A DNA stretch of 64,000 nucleotides from Fimbriosthenelais zetlandica. Its lineage: Eukaryota. The translations under genes and the position numbers were made by a program. The number at the start of each line of letters is the position of its first letter. Position 1 is the stretch's first letter. Positions 23,113 to 36,868 of this stretch are shown here, piece after piece. The stretch is from assembly GCA_977030845.1 (NCBI GenBank), contig OZ365111.1, positions 46,376,001 to 46,440,000 of the forward strand, given 5' to 3'. The notes under the pieces were generated by a model that was not told where the DNA came from, did no database searches, and worked only from the letters and a program-made list of their open reading frames with translations.

Positions 23113-25099
23113 AGAGGCTGGGTTAAACCTAATAACGTCTGATTGTCCTAGAGGGACCACTAACGAGATCCTGCAGGCCCTTTTTCAAGAACTTGTGCAC
23201 TTGTGGCCAAGTGACTTGTTGTCAATCTCATCTTATAGGTCGAATGTATTTCTATGTCAGAAATAATGAGCAAAATATTTAATGAAAAAACAAGATGGGT
23301 CTAGAAAAGATAGAGTTCCCAGGCTACCAAATGTTTTGAAAAGATTACTACCAAAGACTAAATATCAAGTAAATTAACAGTCCCAATACTATATGCTTCC
23401 ACAAGGTTGTTTAAGACCAGATCGGCAGCATGAGTTTAGTACATGTATAATAACACTGATGCTGATGTAGGTTGATGTCTTTGGCTCCTCTTCAACCAAG
23501 ATAAGTTAATTTCAGGCAAATGAGATCATATTTATATCCATCAGAATTCGAGAGATAAGGAATTAGTAGGAAGTCATTGAGTGCACAGCAACTCAAAGAT
23601 AGAAAATATGATAAAAACCTGAAATGAATAAGCTCCAAGCTGAAGCTAATTCACTGTTGGCTTTAGTCAGTGGAAACAATGGTTTCCTAAAAGATTTCAT
23701 TGTTGAAGAGAAATGGCAAATGGCTTTGTAACTATGGAGGCTGGTGCAATAGGCCAGCCAATGGTCCCAATATTAATCCCCCGACTGAGTGCTCTCTCAA
23801 AAGAAAGTCTAACTTTAAATATTCAGCTCTTGCTAAATGCATTTTTCCCACGAGAATGTGGTCTGGTGGTTGAGAATCCATTGCCGTAATTGCAATGTTC
23901 TGATACTTATTTGGAGCTTCTTATTCTGGGCACAGATCTATAGAATCAAGACATTCTGCTGTTACAGATATTGTTCATCATATCCTATATTCTCTATATG
24001 AACAAATTAGCCTGCCGAATAATCATAATAAAAACGTATATTGTACTGCTCGAGCTCCAGAACTGCATTAAATTGCAATATTCAAGTCCTTTGAAATGCA
24101 AGTTCCAGAGAGGAAAGGCCCTTTGGATGTCTTTCGTAAGACTTTTGTTCAATTACTAGTTATTTTCAAAACAATCTTCCCGAAAAATGGAAGAACCTCT
24201 GTGGATCTCCAGGAATCCGCAACATGCCGAAAACCCCCAGGTACGCCAGGATTATCCAGAATAGGCCAGGGGTGGACATATCCTCAGGGCCTTTTGAAAT
24301 GAACCGATACATGTACCAATGTAACCAATGCATCCAGTCCCTACCCTAACCTCAAAAGTCCAACCAACGCTTAATCCATTTAAGCCTTGATCAAGCCAGT
24401 GCCTGCGTTCTGTACTCGGATTCTGCTTAATACCATTATCTGACCGGCGTAGGTCACAAATGTAGGTAAACATCTGGTTGTATCTCAGTTGGACGACTGA
24501 CCGCTGGCTCGGCATACCAGGAGGATAAGGTCAACCCTCTGGCCATCAGCATTCTAGCTGAGCTGCTCTGATTCTGGCCCGAATCACGCCATATTAAGAC
24601 AACGAGCACTTGAACAGTGCTGGCCCTACGGTGGGCAATACGCCCTAAGTACCCAGGCTCCGGTCTGAATGAGAATAGGCCTTAATGCCAGTCAAATAGG
24701 CAATCACTGGTCCTACTCTAGCCAGACTGGGGCAAAAGTTTATCGGAGGCGGGAAAATGAAGTTGTCCTAGCCCGATCGGATGAGGGGAAGCAGAGAACC
24801 TGTCTCAATCGACCTAATTGGACGGCGTGGAGAACCAGGTTAGGGTTAAACGCCCACCTTACAGATGTTACCATTGGTCAGAGTGAGCAGGGTGGCCTCT
24901 CTTACTAGTCACAAAGATGCTCTCTGATCAGATTCCATGTCTGTGGAGGGGCTCATCACTAATACAATACTCCGCCTCAATGTTGTCTGGATGTATGCAG
25001 GGCGGCCATTTTGAAAGTTAAGCAAAGTTGGGTGTTGGCAATATGAGAGGAAATTTTATATCATCAGTAGTCAGCTCAAGGCCTTCCATCATTGGACAG

Positions 25100-25535
25100 A
25101 TTAGTCTTTCTACCTGTTGGCCATTAAACGTTTTTATGGCAGAAGCTCAATGGGGGATCATTGTTTCAAAATGGCTTTCTGAGAAACAATCGCTTAGAGA
25201 GGGTGATGGCCATACAAAACATGCAGAGGAGTATGATTGATTTTTGTTGAAAATGAATGGCAAGTGATTTATATTCGATTAAACCATTTACATACATGTT
25301 TCACAGCCACAGGGGGTGTATATTTTAATGTAATGAAAGTATACTGCCTGGGGGCCGCTGATACTGAAGTATGCTCATGGATATGCGGGGTTTTATGTGA
25401 AAATATCTTAATTGACACTGATTCTTTTATTGAGTGCAATAAATTCACAATAGAATTCTCATCTATGGATGACGCATAATGCACAGTAATAAATACTGCA
25501 TTCTTACATGTCATCATTGCATACCATAATAACAT
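25100..25535 (-). mobile_element. Possible LINE pre-RT remnant
   Basis: DENSIVNLLHSIKES…ITLKYTPPVAVKHVCKWFN resembles xEVxxLLxxLK…LKxxxPxIxxxLxxxFN (ORF 25269..25535). Confidence 0.3.
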
Positions 25536-26199
25536 TGCATTCTTACATGGTCGACCTAATATTTTGGGACATTTAGTGAAATATTATTAGGAGCGGTCAG
25601 TATGTGGAATACTATTTCATAAGAGCATATAGGACTATTAACGTCGTATGAGCTATGTATACTAATGGAATGAATAATGTGAGACAAAGAGTAGCAATGG
25701 ATATGAAACATCATTTCGAGAAGCACCAAGAGCAGTCACCGTGAGTGACTCAGTAGTAAAGTAAATGAACTTGAGTGACTCCATGTACAGAATGAATTGT
25801 TCCCGCTACCACCCCATTCCTTCACCCCTCATCATTTCCCGTTACAAAATTGATCTCTGAGTGGCTGAAGATTTGAGAATAGCAGGGAAAGCTTTTCATT
25901 TTGTTTTCCTTCCAGGACTAGTCTGCACTAGTAAGTCTGGACGCAGCCCGCTCCTCTGCACATCAAGAAGAGCTCAGTTTCACTAGGCACCTACTCTGTC
26001 ACTTAAATCCCAACACCGACAAAAACCAGAGTCGCTTTTGAAATAACACAAGACCTTGAAAAAAAAAGTGATGAAAATCAATACACAACACAAAGACGAC
26101 ACATTAATCATGATGTCGAGATTTCCCAACTAAAAAACTAATATTATATTCATAATACTAAAGCCGGAATATTTGATACCAGATAGATGGAATTGGATG

Positions 26200-26500
26200 C
26201 ATGGACTGAGATGCTCAACAAAGGAATTGTTAGAGCGGCGGTCTCTTTGATCCGTGAGGGGACAGATATTGAGGATTCTTCAGGAGGATGTCAACATCAG
26301 AAGGCAGTGTGGATCAAGGAGGAGAAGGGCTGGATCACGCTATAGGCTTCCACAACTTATCTTGGTCAGCACATGTTATTGTCATCATGCTGGCCCTCTT
26401 ACTGGTCTAGTCCATCCAAAGCATGCGCTGCGACTCGTATAGTTCTACAGACTCTCATCCCGCCAGCCCCTTCATCTCCCTCTCCATCACTTCACCGAGA
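26200..26500 (-). mobile_element. Decayed L2-type RT remnant
   Basis: 26321-26281 (ctccttgatccacactgccttctgatgttgacatcctcctg) gives an LLDLxAFDxVDHxILL-like sequence after small indels. Confidence 0.4.
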
Positions 26501-28279
26501 AAATGCTATGTAAACAGGAACAGTTCTCATAAGGAAAAACATGTCAAACTTTCTCCTTCTTGCCATCTTCGTCCAATCTTAGGCCGAGTAATGCTGCGGT
26601 TGCCCAATTACAGTGAGTCAATATTTAACGAAAGGAAATCGGTGGTGGTCCGTTAGGTTTTTATTAAAGCTGAAGGAAAATGTGCGTGATTTGTTGGAGA
26701 TCTAATCCGAGACTCTCCTCTTCAAAAGCATTTGCTTATGCATTTACATCATGCGATTATTCCCTCAAATATCTAACTATCTGAAGTGAGCCGAGCCCAA
26801 CAACTTTCTACCAATACATGTATATTGATTAGTCCCCTCGGCATATTTACTTCTTATAATTGCGTTTTCTTTAATCTCGTTCTACAAAAAGGTAGTACAT
26901 CAAGGTCACCTCTTACATTAATATGCATAATATTGATATAATATTGATAATAGATGCACAAGTATCTGTAGTGTCCTCATTTTTTGTAGGTTGATTTCTC
27001 AAAGTGAGGGAGAGAGCGAGAGAGAAAGAGTAAGCAGAAATATGCTCAAAGGACATTAGAAAAGTAGGCTACATTTTTAGTAATAGCAGTCATGCCGTTT
27101 GATGTCCAAAAAACGGGTGGAGTATTTGTTTTATTGTTGTTGCAGCAACAGCCAGTCCCATGTTGCAACTGAGCGAATTACGGAATCATAGCAAGTGAGA
27201 AAGTAAGAGTTATAGTGAGAGAGCCAGTGATTGGGACATCACATCATTGGGCAGTTATCATATGGCAGTGTTATAGATGAGCTTCCTGAATAAAGGGGGA
27301 CCTGTCAACATGTCTGTTTAGCATTTTATCTTGTCATCATGGCAGTGCCAGCTAGGAGATGTAGGGGTCACATTAATAATAGTGGGCGGAAGATTCCATC
27401 TCAGCAGCACAGGATCAGATATACGTGTGTGAGCGAATTTACACCAGATGAAAACATTTCTTAAAAGCCTTGAAACTAACTTCAAAACACTAAAGCTGTA
27501 CAACAAAAATACAATTTACTGAAAGGTCAATTATCAAAACTATAAAAAGGTTAATGAGAACTAATTTAAAGATGCCATGACAGGATTGTGAGAACGCTAA
27601 AAGCAATTCCTGATTCCTGACACCTTAAGACACAAACACACTTCACAATGAAGCCACCTTGCCAAGAGGCCATGTAGCTTTTACCCATGGAAAATTATTC
27701 ACCTTGCATAATCAATCTATATATCAACAGTGCTTCCAGCCTGATGCCTGCGTGAATGATTAGACACACAGAAAGTGTGTCAACTTCAAACTGCATTGAA
27801 TTTACATTTACAGAGTCATTGAGTGAATATTTGTTTAACATTCAGTCAGGAATTTGTCAGCTAAACGAAACAAAATACGCAAATCTTATCTCAAATGGCA
27901 GTAATGGTCCTTTTACATGCCATAGAAAGTGAGATGCAGACATGGCTGACCTTTGATATCCCAGTTAGCAACACTGAGTGAACACCGTTAAAGATATTAA
28001 AGTAAAAGAAGAGGCAGGGCCAGAGATTGCTATTTGAAGGCCGTGGTTATTAATAACGACTGGGTTTATTCATAACAGTGGGTCTGAGTATGACAGGTCC
28101 AATAGAGCTGTGGGCTATAGGTGTCATAGGGGTCCCTATGACACGAGGTCTGGGCTACAAGCTGGGGACATGGTGGCTCGGTATATATGTATAGAATAGG
28201 CAGCTTGTGTCCGGCTGAATACAAATTCACGACTGGTGACAGCAGTGGGTTAAGGTCTCCATGGAACACGCCTGAGTAT

Positions 28280-28470
28280 GCAAACAATGTCATTGTGAGG
28301 GAGGAGGGAGGAGCACTCCAGGGTGTTCAGGGTCATATATAAGTCCAGCGTCCACGTCATGGACATGGTAAAGGAAGGGTGAGAGCCTTCACTTTGCTGT
28401 TGTATGTATGACCCCATATCTGTCAGGCTTGTCTGTCTCAGCATGCCTTTGTCACCATAGGTGAGCCTGT
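28280..28470 (-). mobile_element. Possible LINE endonuclease C-terminal remnant
   Basis: YIQQQSEGSHPSF…TLDLYMT…LPHNDIVCI resembles LxQxVxxPT…TLDLxxT…SDHDxV (ORF 28250..28444). Confidence 0.25.
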
Positions 28471-28626
28471 CTCCAGATTATTCCATTACTCTTAGTTACT
28501 CATTCATTCTTATATACTCACTCAGTCTCAGGTCCATTCTCAGGGTCCATCAAGGAATACTGAATCAAATTCGAGAGTCTATTTCATCCTAGTCATCCTG
28601 ATCAAAGGTTGCATGTGCTCCAGTGT

Positions 28627-28794
28627 GCGATTTTGCTTGCGACCCTACTCCAACAAAGGTGACGATTGTGTCTCAATGGAGTTTAATAAATTTGGGTCTA
28701 GGTGTCCAAGGCCATATAGTTGTGCTCTTTTGGTACATTTTCATTTGGGACACAAGCATCTTTTTTGTCGCAAGCGCGTTGTAAGCGAAATCGT
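28627..28794. mobile_element. MITE-like element with degenerate 46-bp terminal inverted repeats
   Basis: 28627-28672 matches the reverse complement of 28749-28794 at 31/46 positions without gaps. A third arm copy at 38469-38514 matches the left arm at 37/46. Confidence 0.65.
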
Positions 28795-31700
28795 AGCAGT
28801 GAAGGGCAGTTTTTAACAGAGATAAGTCGGTTAAAACCGAGAATCAGGTTGGAATATAATATTGGTCCGGAAGCCATTTCCTACAGATTCTGGTTGTTCA
28901 ATGGACAACCATATATCTGAGTAAATGGTAAAAACCAGATTCTCCAACCTATTCAATGACTGTTTGTTGTTCAGTCATCTAACCTCACCATTCACCCCTT
29001 CTCACGATCATCCACCCGCTTTCCTGGCATAAAAACACTATTGCTATCATAAAAGGAAACTTTTTCAGTCATTATTAATCATCATTTCCATCGTTTAATT
29101 CAATCGAACTTTGACAATGATATATCACTCATAATGAGGCATACCTTAACACAATAAGCGACCCCTGCAGTGTGCGATATGAGTGATCGATTATCTTGGG
29201 TAATTTCTTTATAATAAAGAGCAATGGCATAGCTCATATAATTGCAGCTAAGAGAAGTTTAGAAAAAAACACAGCTGGGGTGTGAGGGTACATAGTAAAG
29301 TGCATAGCGATACCGATAAGCAGAGTGATATCATCCATATATGCATGGCACACGATTCCACATGAGGTAAAATACCCATTTACATAGGTACTAATCAAGG
29401 ATCAAGCACTGCCAAATACCTTTAGGTAATCGCTCTACCTAAGGATATCTAAGGCAGAATGATTCATGAAGTAGAAATTAATGGATCTGAGACTTGGTAA
29501 TCTCTCTGCCAATTGTGGAATAATTCCCGACTGTTAGCAGAGGCCCGGGGAAACACTGAGAACAGGATATATAGCTTGAAGAAGCACAATAGACAGGGCC
29601 CTTGGCTATATAGCAGGATGGTGAAATCATTCATTTATACTAAGGCGAGTAGAAAGTGTAGGTCTTGTTCAAACCAAGAAGACTGAGTTGGGAGACCTAT
29701 GTCCCATTGCACAACCATGCATGCCGCATGCAAACTCAATGGACCACAATGAGTTGATTGTGAAATGGATTGAATGTCCATTAAGGGACCCCATCGTTCT
29801 CAGTTAAATGACATGTCCTCAACAAGCTTATTAATCATCATTCATTTTAAAGTATTCTTCAACCCGAGGCATCTTGTATAGTACACTTTAGGATATCATA
29901 CTACAGGCATGCGTTCCTTCCCCCATGGCTACAATGACACAACGTCTGGAATTCCTGTCCCCCGAAATTCTGGCACCTTCTTCAGGGAAATGTGTTAAGA
30001 GGTTTTTCCGGAAGGCAAGTCATACATCATATTGGGAGTAGTGATTTACTTCACCTTAGCTTCCCTACCTCAAAACCTCCCCGAGTCCCACTGTGCCCTC
30101 ACTGCGGCCACAAAGCAGCTGTGACACAATTTTCCCTTCCTCTTCAATGCCGAGGTGAGAGAGTTTTGAGTCCCAATAGGGGATTCTCTACAGTCAATCT
30201 CTGTGGTGTTGGCAGAGGAAAATCCGAACTAGGATGGTGATCGGTTCATCCAAACAGAAGAACAATTTCATTAAGTCTATGTAAGGGCTGAATTCTTCGA
30301 AACGTCATGGGAACATTTTTTTATGAGCTGCTCCAAAACTAAGCATGAGCAAAAACACTGAGACTCAAAATGATTTGACTGATTTTAATCATTTCAGTTC
30401 AAACTTTATGACCTTCTTTGAATGTTTGTGTCAATCTAGCACAGCAGGACTGTAGAAGGCCGATTTGTAGAGCTCAGGCATGAAGGCAGGAGCAGCTCGT
30501 TTTTGGCCCTGGAGAAGTGAGCAATTATAGCTAACTTAAGCATCATGTGGTGCCTGCTCCCCCCGGGGACACATTCACCATCACAAGCATCGCCAACCGG
30601 CAGCTGCAACTTAATAAATACTGCTTTACCAACGCTTTATTCTTATTTTTCAGAATTTGTATCACATGCCCAGTAATTAGTTACATTAAGCCATATTTAT
30701 ACGTAACCAGAATATAGTCCAAAAATCACTAAAAGCAGCACCATCAAAAAGGGAAAGCAATTTATGTTTTAGTATATCTAAATCATGATATGTGGCAGGA
30801 ATTATCACAGGGGGAATCCCAAGTTATTGCAGCTTAAGCTAAGAGGCAGTGCATGCGAGATGGGTAACGCCCAAATGGGCCAGAGTAAGAAGTTTCCTCA
30901 GAGGATGCTCCCAGTAATGTTCAATTTATATAAGTTTTGGTGCATCAAGAAATCCTCAGCCCTGGCAACCTGGAGAATTGGTGGCGAAGAAAGCTTCCAT
31001 AGAGATCATCCCATGCCAGTTTCACTATAGCATCTGCAGGATTTGTAGCAGTGTCAGTTAAAAGCAACACTGACTAAATTCTTTGAGGGTTTGTCGGAAT
31101 ACCAGAGAAGCCAGAATACCTCAGAAGTTTCTATTGAGAATGTAAAAGAGTCCCAGTTTCTAATGCAAGTTGTACTTTTTGGTATACAAATCGAAAGGGA
31201 TTTTTCATCCGAGATTTCTCTAAGGTTTTGGCCACATCTTCCACCGAACCTATGCACCTTCATGAGAGCGACTCCTGCAAGGACACGGGAGACTTTGATG
31301 AAACAGGTCTGAGCGGGGTATTCTTACATATACGGCTACCTGGGGAACAGGGAGATCGCGGCTTGATGATCAACAGCCACACACCATCCACCATTAGAGC
31401 CTTGGTGCGGCTAAATTGGTTCAAGCAGTTCTAAACATCTCCAAGAAAGTCCTCCACTATAGCTGCAATGAAAAATGATTCTTCTGTGTCCCAGGAGGTG
31501 GATTTGGGGCTGGAATACCAAGTACAGCTGCCTACTTAGAATGTAAGCTCCTGCTCCTTCTACACTCCCTCCACTTCAGGAGGAAAAACCAGATAGTCAT
31601 AAAACCGCTGCTACTGGTGCTTAGGCCTATTTCAAGGTTTACTGAGATCTAAATTTTAAAACCACCCAGTGCTGATAACTGGGATATCAAAGGCCAGCCA

Positions 31701-33779
31701 AGTCTCTCATGGTCTATGGTGAGTGGCATGTATCAATGTATAAGAATGATTGCTGCCCTTCGAAAAGACCGACAGCATGTTTCCTTCTTGCCAGAAAAAC
31801 TGCCAACTGGACGTGAAAGAAATTCAGCTTTAAAATGTATATAGGCCTACCCTTTATAAGGTAAAAATGGGCTAATATCACTCCAATTTCCAGCTGAGTA
31901 CCCAAGTTCCATTTCTCGGGATTCAGCTAAGATGCCTACCACGTACAATGCCACACCCAAATTATCCGCCCGAGCTTTAACACAATCAACTTAATTTTAG
32001 GAAGCTCTAAAAATCGCCACATGCAGCAGCAATCAGAGGTGCTCAAGTGGCGATGGATTCTTTTGATCTTCAAAGAAACTTGGCAATGAATGTTAATGAG
32101 GATGGAGGGAGAGGATCATTATGTGGCATTCATCAAAGCTCTACTCCTGCAATGATGTGGTTTACAAATTACTACAATAATTATCATTATGACTGGGTAC
32201 CACTGAGGTGATGAACCGATAAAGCGAAATGTTGAAATTCAATCACTTGGCACAGAAGTGATCATACCCAAAATGTTTAAAATTAACATCAAGTCAACTG
32301 CCATGCAGTGACAACCATCTCCACTAAGAAATAATCTTTTTCTACTTTCGTTTCGAGTATCGTGTTCATCGAGTCCCTGCATTAAGTTGATGCAACTCTT
32401 CAAATCCATGTTTAAGAAGATGTGGGTTAAGATAGAATGACTGGCCTAATTATTCAATTCTCTCCAAACCGCCTCATGTGGTTCATAAGTAATGCACTAA
32501 CCCCACCGTAAATATGGCAGTGACTTGCGAAAAGACTAAATCAAGGCAGAGTTATTCAGTGGTCAATATTTCCGCCAAGGGTTATCATGTCGCATTTTAT
32601 TTGCAACTTTGTCTCCATCACTTTCTACTTAATAGTACTGGTATTCATGTTTTATGATCCAAAAATAAATGCCAATAACAATGAAAATACTATTGGAAAA
32701 ATCTTTTCCCTCCTTTTAGAATTTTTTTGGCAATGGTTGTCTGGTTGTGAAGAAGTGAAAGTTGGCACTTCAGAAAATTTGAGATTGGTTCAAACGGCTA
32801 ATGGACAAATTATAATCACATTGGACAGACTAAAGCCATTGTTAATCAAAGGACGGAAGCACTTCACCGTCTGAATAGGCGCTAGACATGAAACCTGTAC
32901 ATCCAAATAATGACCAGCGTATTGATGGTAATTGATCATAGGCTTCACCTTGTATCCACTTCTAAGTCAGCTGTCACCAAAGTGAGCCTCCATGGAAAAG
33001 CTGAATGTGGGATGTAATGCACATTGACCATCGAAAATGACTGCATTATCAGCATTTGCAGGGCTATCGGTATATATGTGGGGCTTTCTGCCTTGCAAGC
33101 ATTGCGATTAGCATTGCTTACTTTTGAGCGGCAGTTGCAGCAGGTTTCGTCTCCTTGTGGATCTTCAGATTCCTGCTTCCACTACAATCGCAAGCCGTTA
33201 CAATTCTTGCAGACCCACAATCACAAAGAAACATTGCATTACTCACAAGGCTAAGATTGCCAAGAGTTAGCTCAATAACATGGCCACCGGGGCATGTGTT
33301 CATGAACATAATGAGGACATAGTATCGTGGGGAAGTTGTATACCATTGTATACCATTGAGTAACACTATGAATACCAAGATAAGCTGTTATATGAGACAC
33401 CACTGATTACTCCAGCTTGTCTAAAAGCCAAGCTTGTCTAAGATCCCTAGCTTATGTCGGAGTACTCAAGAATTCAACCATACTTTCTCCAACAAAGTGA
33501 AAGACTTAGAAGTTGAATCAGCACTATTTATATAAATAGAAACAGAAGCGAAAGTAAAAGGAGCAAATGGGCGCCGGTATGAGATCATCAAAAGGAAGTC
33601 TGCCTGTCTTTTTACGTGTAAGCTATGTAATTATATGAAATCAATAAAACTCTCTTTTCTCGCGGGCTGGGTGTGTGGAGGGAGTAAAAAAAACATTAAA
33701 AAGGTTCCTGTGGTTATATTTGGCTAAACTTCAGGCTAAAAAGAAAGTCTATCCATGGCTGCACATTGCTGCAGCCAAA

Positions 33780-34560
33780 TGCTGCTGTGTAGCTTGCCAA
33801 ACTCCCCTCCACAACTTTCTTTCAGCTGGAGACCACCCACAGTTTTATTCGCCTTCATGATCAAAAGGATCCAGCATCAAGGATCCAAAAGGTGACTGTG
33901 GTTTCCGCTGAAGGGGAACGAATCGATCTGTGCGGTTTCTCCATCTCCATCCAATGCAGCCAAAGAGAAACTTGATCTTCCAGCACAGGTTTTCTTGTAG
34001 ATTTAACTATAGACAAAATTCCATTGTGTAATTTTCAAGGGAGGCATATATTTAGACATACAGGTGCCTTGGAGGGATATGGGGTCTATTGTTCAGGAAG
34101 AACATAGTATCTTTTCTAAAGACAAAACCTATCCTTATTGAGGTAAGTTCAGGTGGGTGCTAGCTATATAAGATACAGACATTTGGTTCGTTCTTTTTTC
34201 AAATACATCCACTATTTGAATGGAAATCCCGAGCGCTTGCACTCCAAATAATAAAATCAAACAGATCTAGCACAATGAAAGCAATCTTGTCATCGTTTTC
34301 GGATTGTGTTAGTAAAGTATTCAGAAAAGGTTCCGTCAATCGATGTGCAACTCTGATCCTCTCCATCACAGCAGCTGACAATTTTCTCCATCTCTTCCTC
34401 CACAATATTAAGTAAATATTATGAGTGGGGAGAGGTTTCTTGGCACTCAGACTGGTGACCTTTCTCCTCAAGCCAGGCAGGCCCAGGGTCTGTTGCATGA
34501 AAAAAAAACTTGAGATATTTGTTCTGGTGGACACATGGTATGGTATTTTCCCATTATTCA
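33780..34560 (-). mobile_element. Decayed L2/CR1-type RT remnant
   Basis: RVAHRLTEPFL…NDDKIAFIVLDLFD (cf. RxxHSTETAL…DxxKxxxLVLLDLSAAFD) in ORF 34199..34561, followed by GWRWRNRTDRFV…KPQSPFGSL (cf. WxxSYLxNRxQxV…VPQGSVLGPL). Confidence 0.45.
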
Positions 34561-34779
34561 ATTTTAGTGTAATTACATTTTTGCAGAAAGAAAGATTTTA
34601 AGAAAGAAAATTAGGCAAGCATATTTTCATTTTGGGTTTTTTCATTTTTTGGGAACAGGCACATTTCCGCGGAAAATGACATGACAGTGCATGTCTTGCA
34701 ACGAACCCTGGCCAGGCCAATGTATCCACGTATGTAACGGATCCCATGGAAAAACTCATCCAAAAGGAAGTGTGAAACA

Positions 34780-35345
34780 AATTATTGGAGTGGACGTGTA
34801 TATTTTCCCCTCGTTCCTCGCCTCGCCTCCTTTACTGTCACATTGTGTCTGGTAAGCACCTAGACAGTCTAACACAATTGGGTTTGCCATTGTCTCCCAA
34901 AGGGCCGCGGCTTTCGGGGAGTGCGGCGTTTGGATAGCGTCCATTGGCCCGGGCCTGGGCTGTCACTTGATCAGTGGGGAATATTGACCACACCTGTCAG
35001 TGGCAGCCCTCTCTGACGGAGGCAGTGGCTCCCACTGACGGAGCCAGCAGGGTGCTATGATAAACACATTAGGATTGATCCCACTAATGATGTTTTCACT
35101 GCAGGCATCGCTTCCTTATGATGTTTGTAGTGGGGACAAATCTCAGCCTGACAGGCATGAGCTGCTCAGAGGAGGAGACCCGAGACGAGCTCCCAATCCA
35201 AATTTACTCAATAGTGATCGTCCAGGCAAGAAATGCTCGGCGCCTAATCGAGTAAAGCCAGCGATGACCGCAAATTGTTACTGATAATCAGGGTGAGGCC
35301 TCGGGTGCTATTGACGGGCGGTAATCGTTATAGAGTATCGGGAAA
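34780..35345. promoter_or_regulatory. GC/CpG-rich non-coding block, enhancer- or promoter-like
   Basis: Locally high CpG, repeated CTGACGGAG, and TGACAG/CTGTCA and TAATC motifs. No credible ORF. Confidence 0.3.
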
Positions 35346-36834
35346 ATATTCAGAAAGCTTTAGGAAATGTTTTTTCTTCAAATTCGTTCTGTGAAGCCTC
35401 AGAGGATATGGATTTCAGAGCCAAAATGAAGTTTAAATCCGATTGTGAAATATTCTGGACTAATGGGGATTTAAGTTGATTTAAGATAAAGAATAAATTG
35501 GTATAATACTGTATAATATATACCAAACTATATTCTAGCTTCTCTTGATACTTCCAAAAGATTGAGTAATATAAACTTCATGCAGGCAGTACTAAAAGGT
35601 ATTATACTTGTATCCTTGTTACCTGTTCTATCCGAATGTATGAGTTAAGTCCAGGGCTAATGTAACTGTAAATGGCCTTAATGATTTATGAGGGCTAACA
35701 TGCTTAATCAGTGCCATTCAGGGCCATTCATTTATAGGCCTACTGTAATTAAAAGCCACTACAAGCATGCAACCATCTTATCTTCACAACATTGTTCCAT
35801 ACAACAGCACTGCAGCAAAGCCAAGTGAGAAACGAACCACAAAACTCAATACATCAATTCCCGTTTAGAGAAGCCAATCAGATTGGCAGACCATGGTTCC
35901 TGCCCAAAGAGAGAACAACAAAGTCTCTTCAAGATGCAGACAAATTGCTGGAGAAAAATGGCAAATGTTCAAGCCAGACCAATGGTTCTGTAACGATAAC
36001 TATGCTCATATTTTAGGGCAAACATTGTGAGTCTTTGAACACTGCTTCTATGGCCACACAGCTTTACAAGTATATAAAAGCCTCAACATGGCTCCGTCAG
36101 GAACACTGTGCTAAAACACTGATTTATGTTGATAATTTTCCTTTGTAAAGGAACGCCAGAGATTAGATCGCTCCCCTTACTTTTATTACTCGTCCACCCA
36201 TCGCTCACTTCCTTGATTTTCCCCATGCTCAGTTTATGCCATTGAGACATGCACGGCTGGAGCTTACCACTATAGAAAAGTGATAGAATTTGAATGTCAC
36301 CCTTATCAAGACCAGCACAAATACGGCAGGGACTATGTAAGGCCTGACCAGTCGCCTGATTGCCCTATTATATATTTGTCCTCCATTAATTAATCTGAAA
36401 GGCGCTTTAGCTGGGCGCGGTAATGAATTGTGCCGCAAACAATGTGGCCTGTAGACTGTGACGAGGAGACATATTTCAGGATTAGCAGCATTGGTAAGCT
36501 GGCTTTAGTGATTAATGGTCGGGCCAGGGTACATATATATACACACTACTTTACTCTACTGAATGATGCACAAAGTCAGCAATCAAGGCTTCTGGCTGTG
36601 AGGGGTATATCATGGTCCACCCAACAAGGCTGCTGCCATCCAGTAGTTTAGGTCTGTCAGCTAAATACTACTTCTACAGCACTTAGTGACTAGGGCTTTG
36701 TAATTGGATTTTCTATTTTTCACTAAGTAGGGGATAATAATAATATTATAACTTTGAGCCATGGAAATGGCAGCGGTTGTCCAGATATGACCCTGGCTAT
36801 TGCTATATGGCTATGATGTTAAAACCACAGTTAG

Positions 36835-36868
36835 AGCCGTGCCACCCCACATTGTGGGTGGCACGGCT
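36835..36868. repeat. Near-perfect 34-bp palindrome AGCCGTGCCACCCCACATTGTGGGTGGCACGGCT; diverged copy at 46568-46599
   Basis: 16-bp stem with one bulged C. The second copy is GCGTACCACCTCACATTGTGGGTGACACGACT. Confidence 0.75.

Noticed and set aside
33826-33990. Plus-strand apparent exon LETTHSFIRLHDQK…
   Set aside because: Antisense to an RT-like fossil and has a weak donor.
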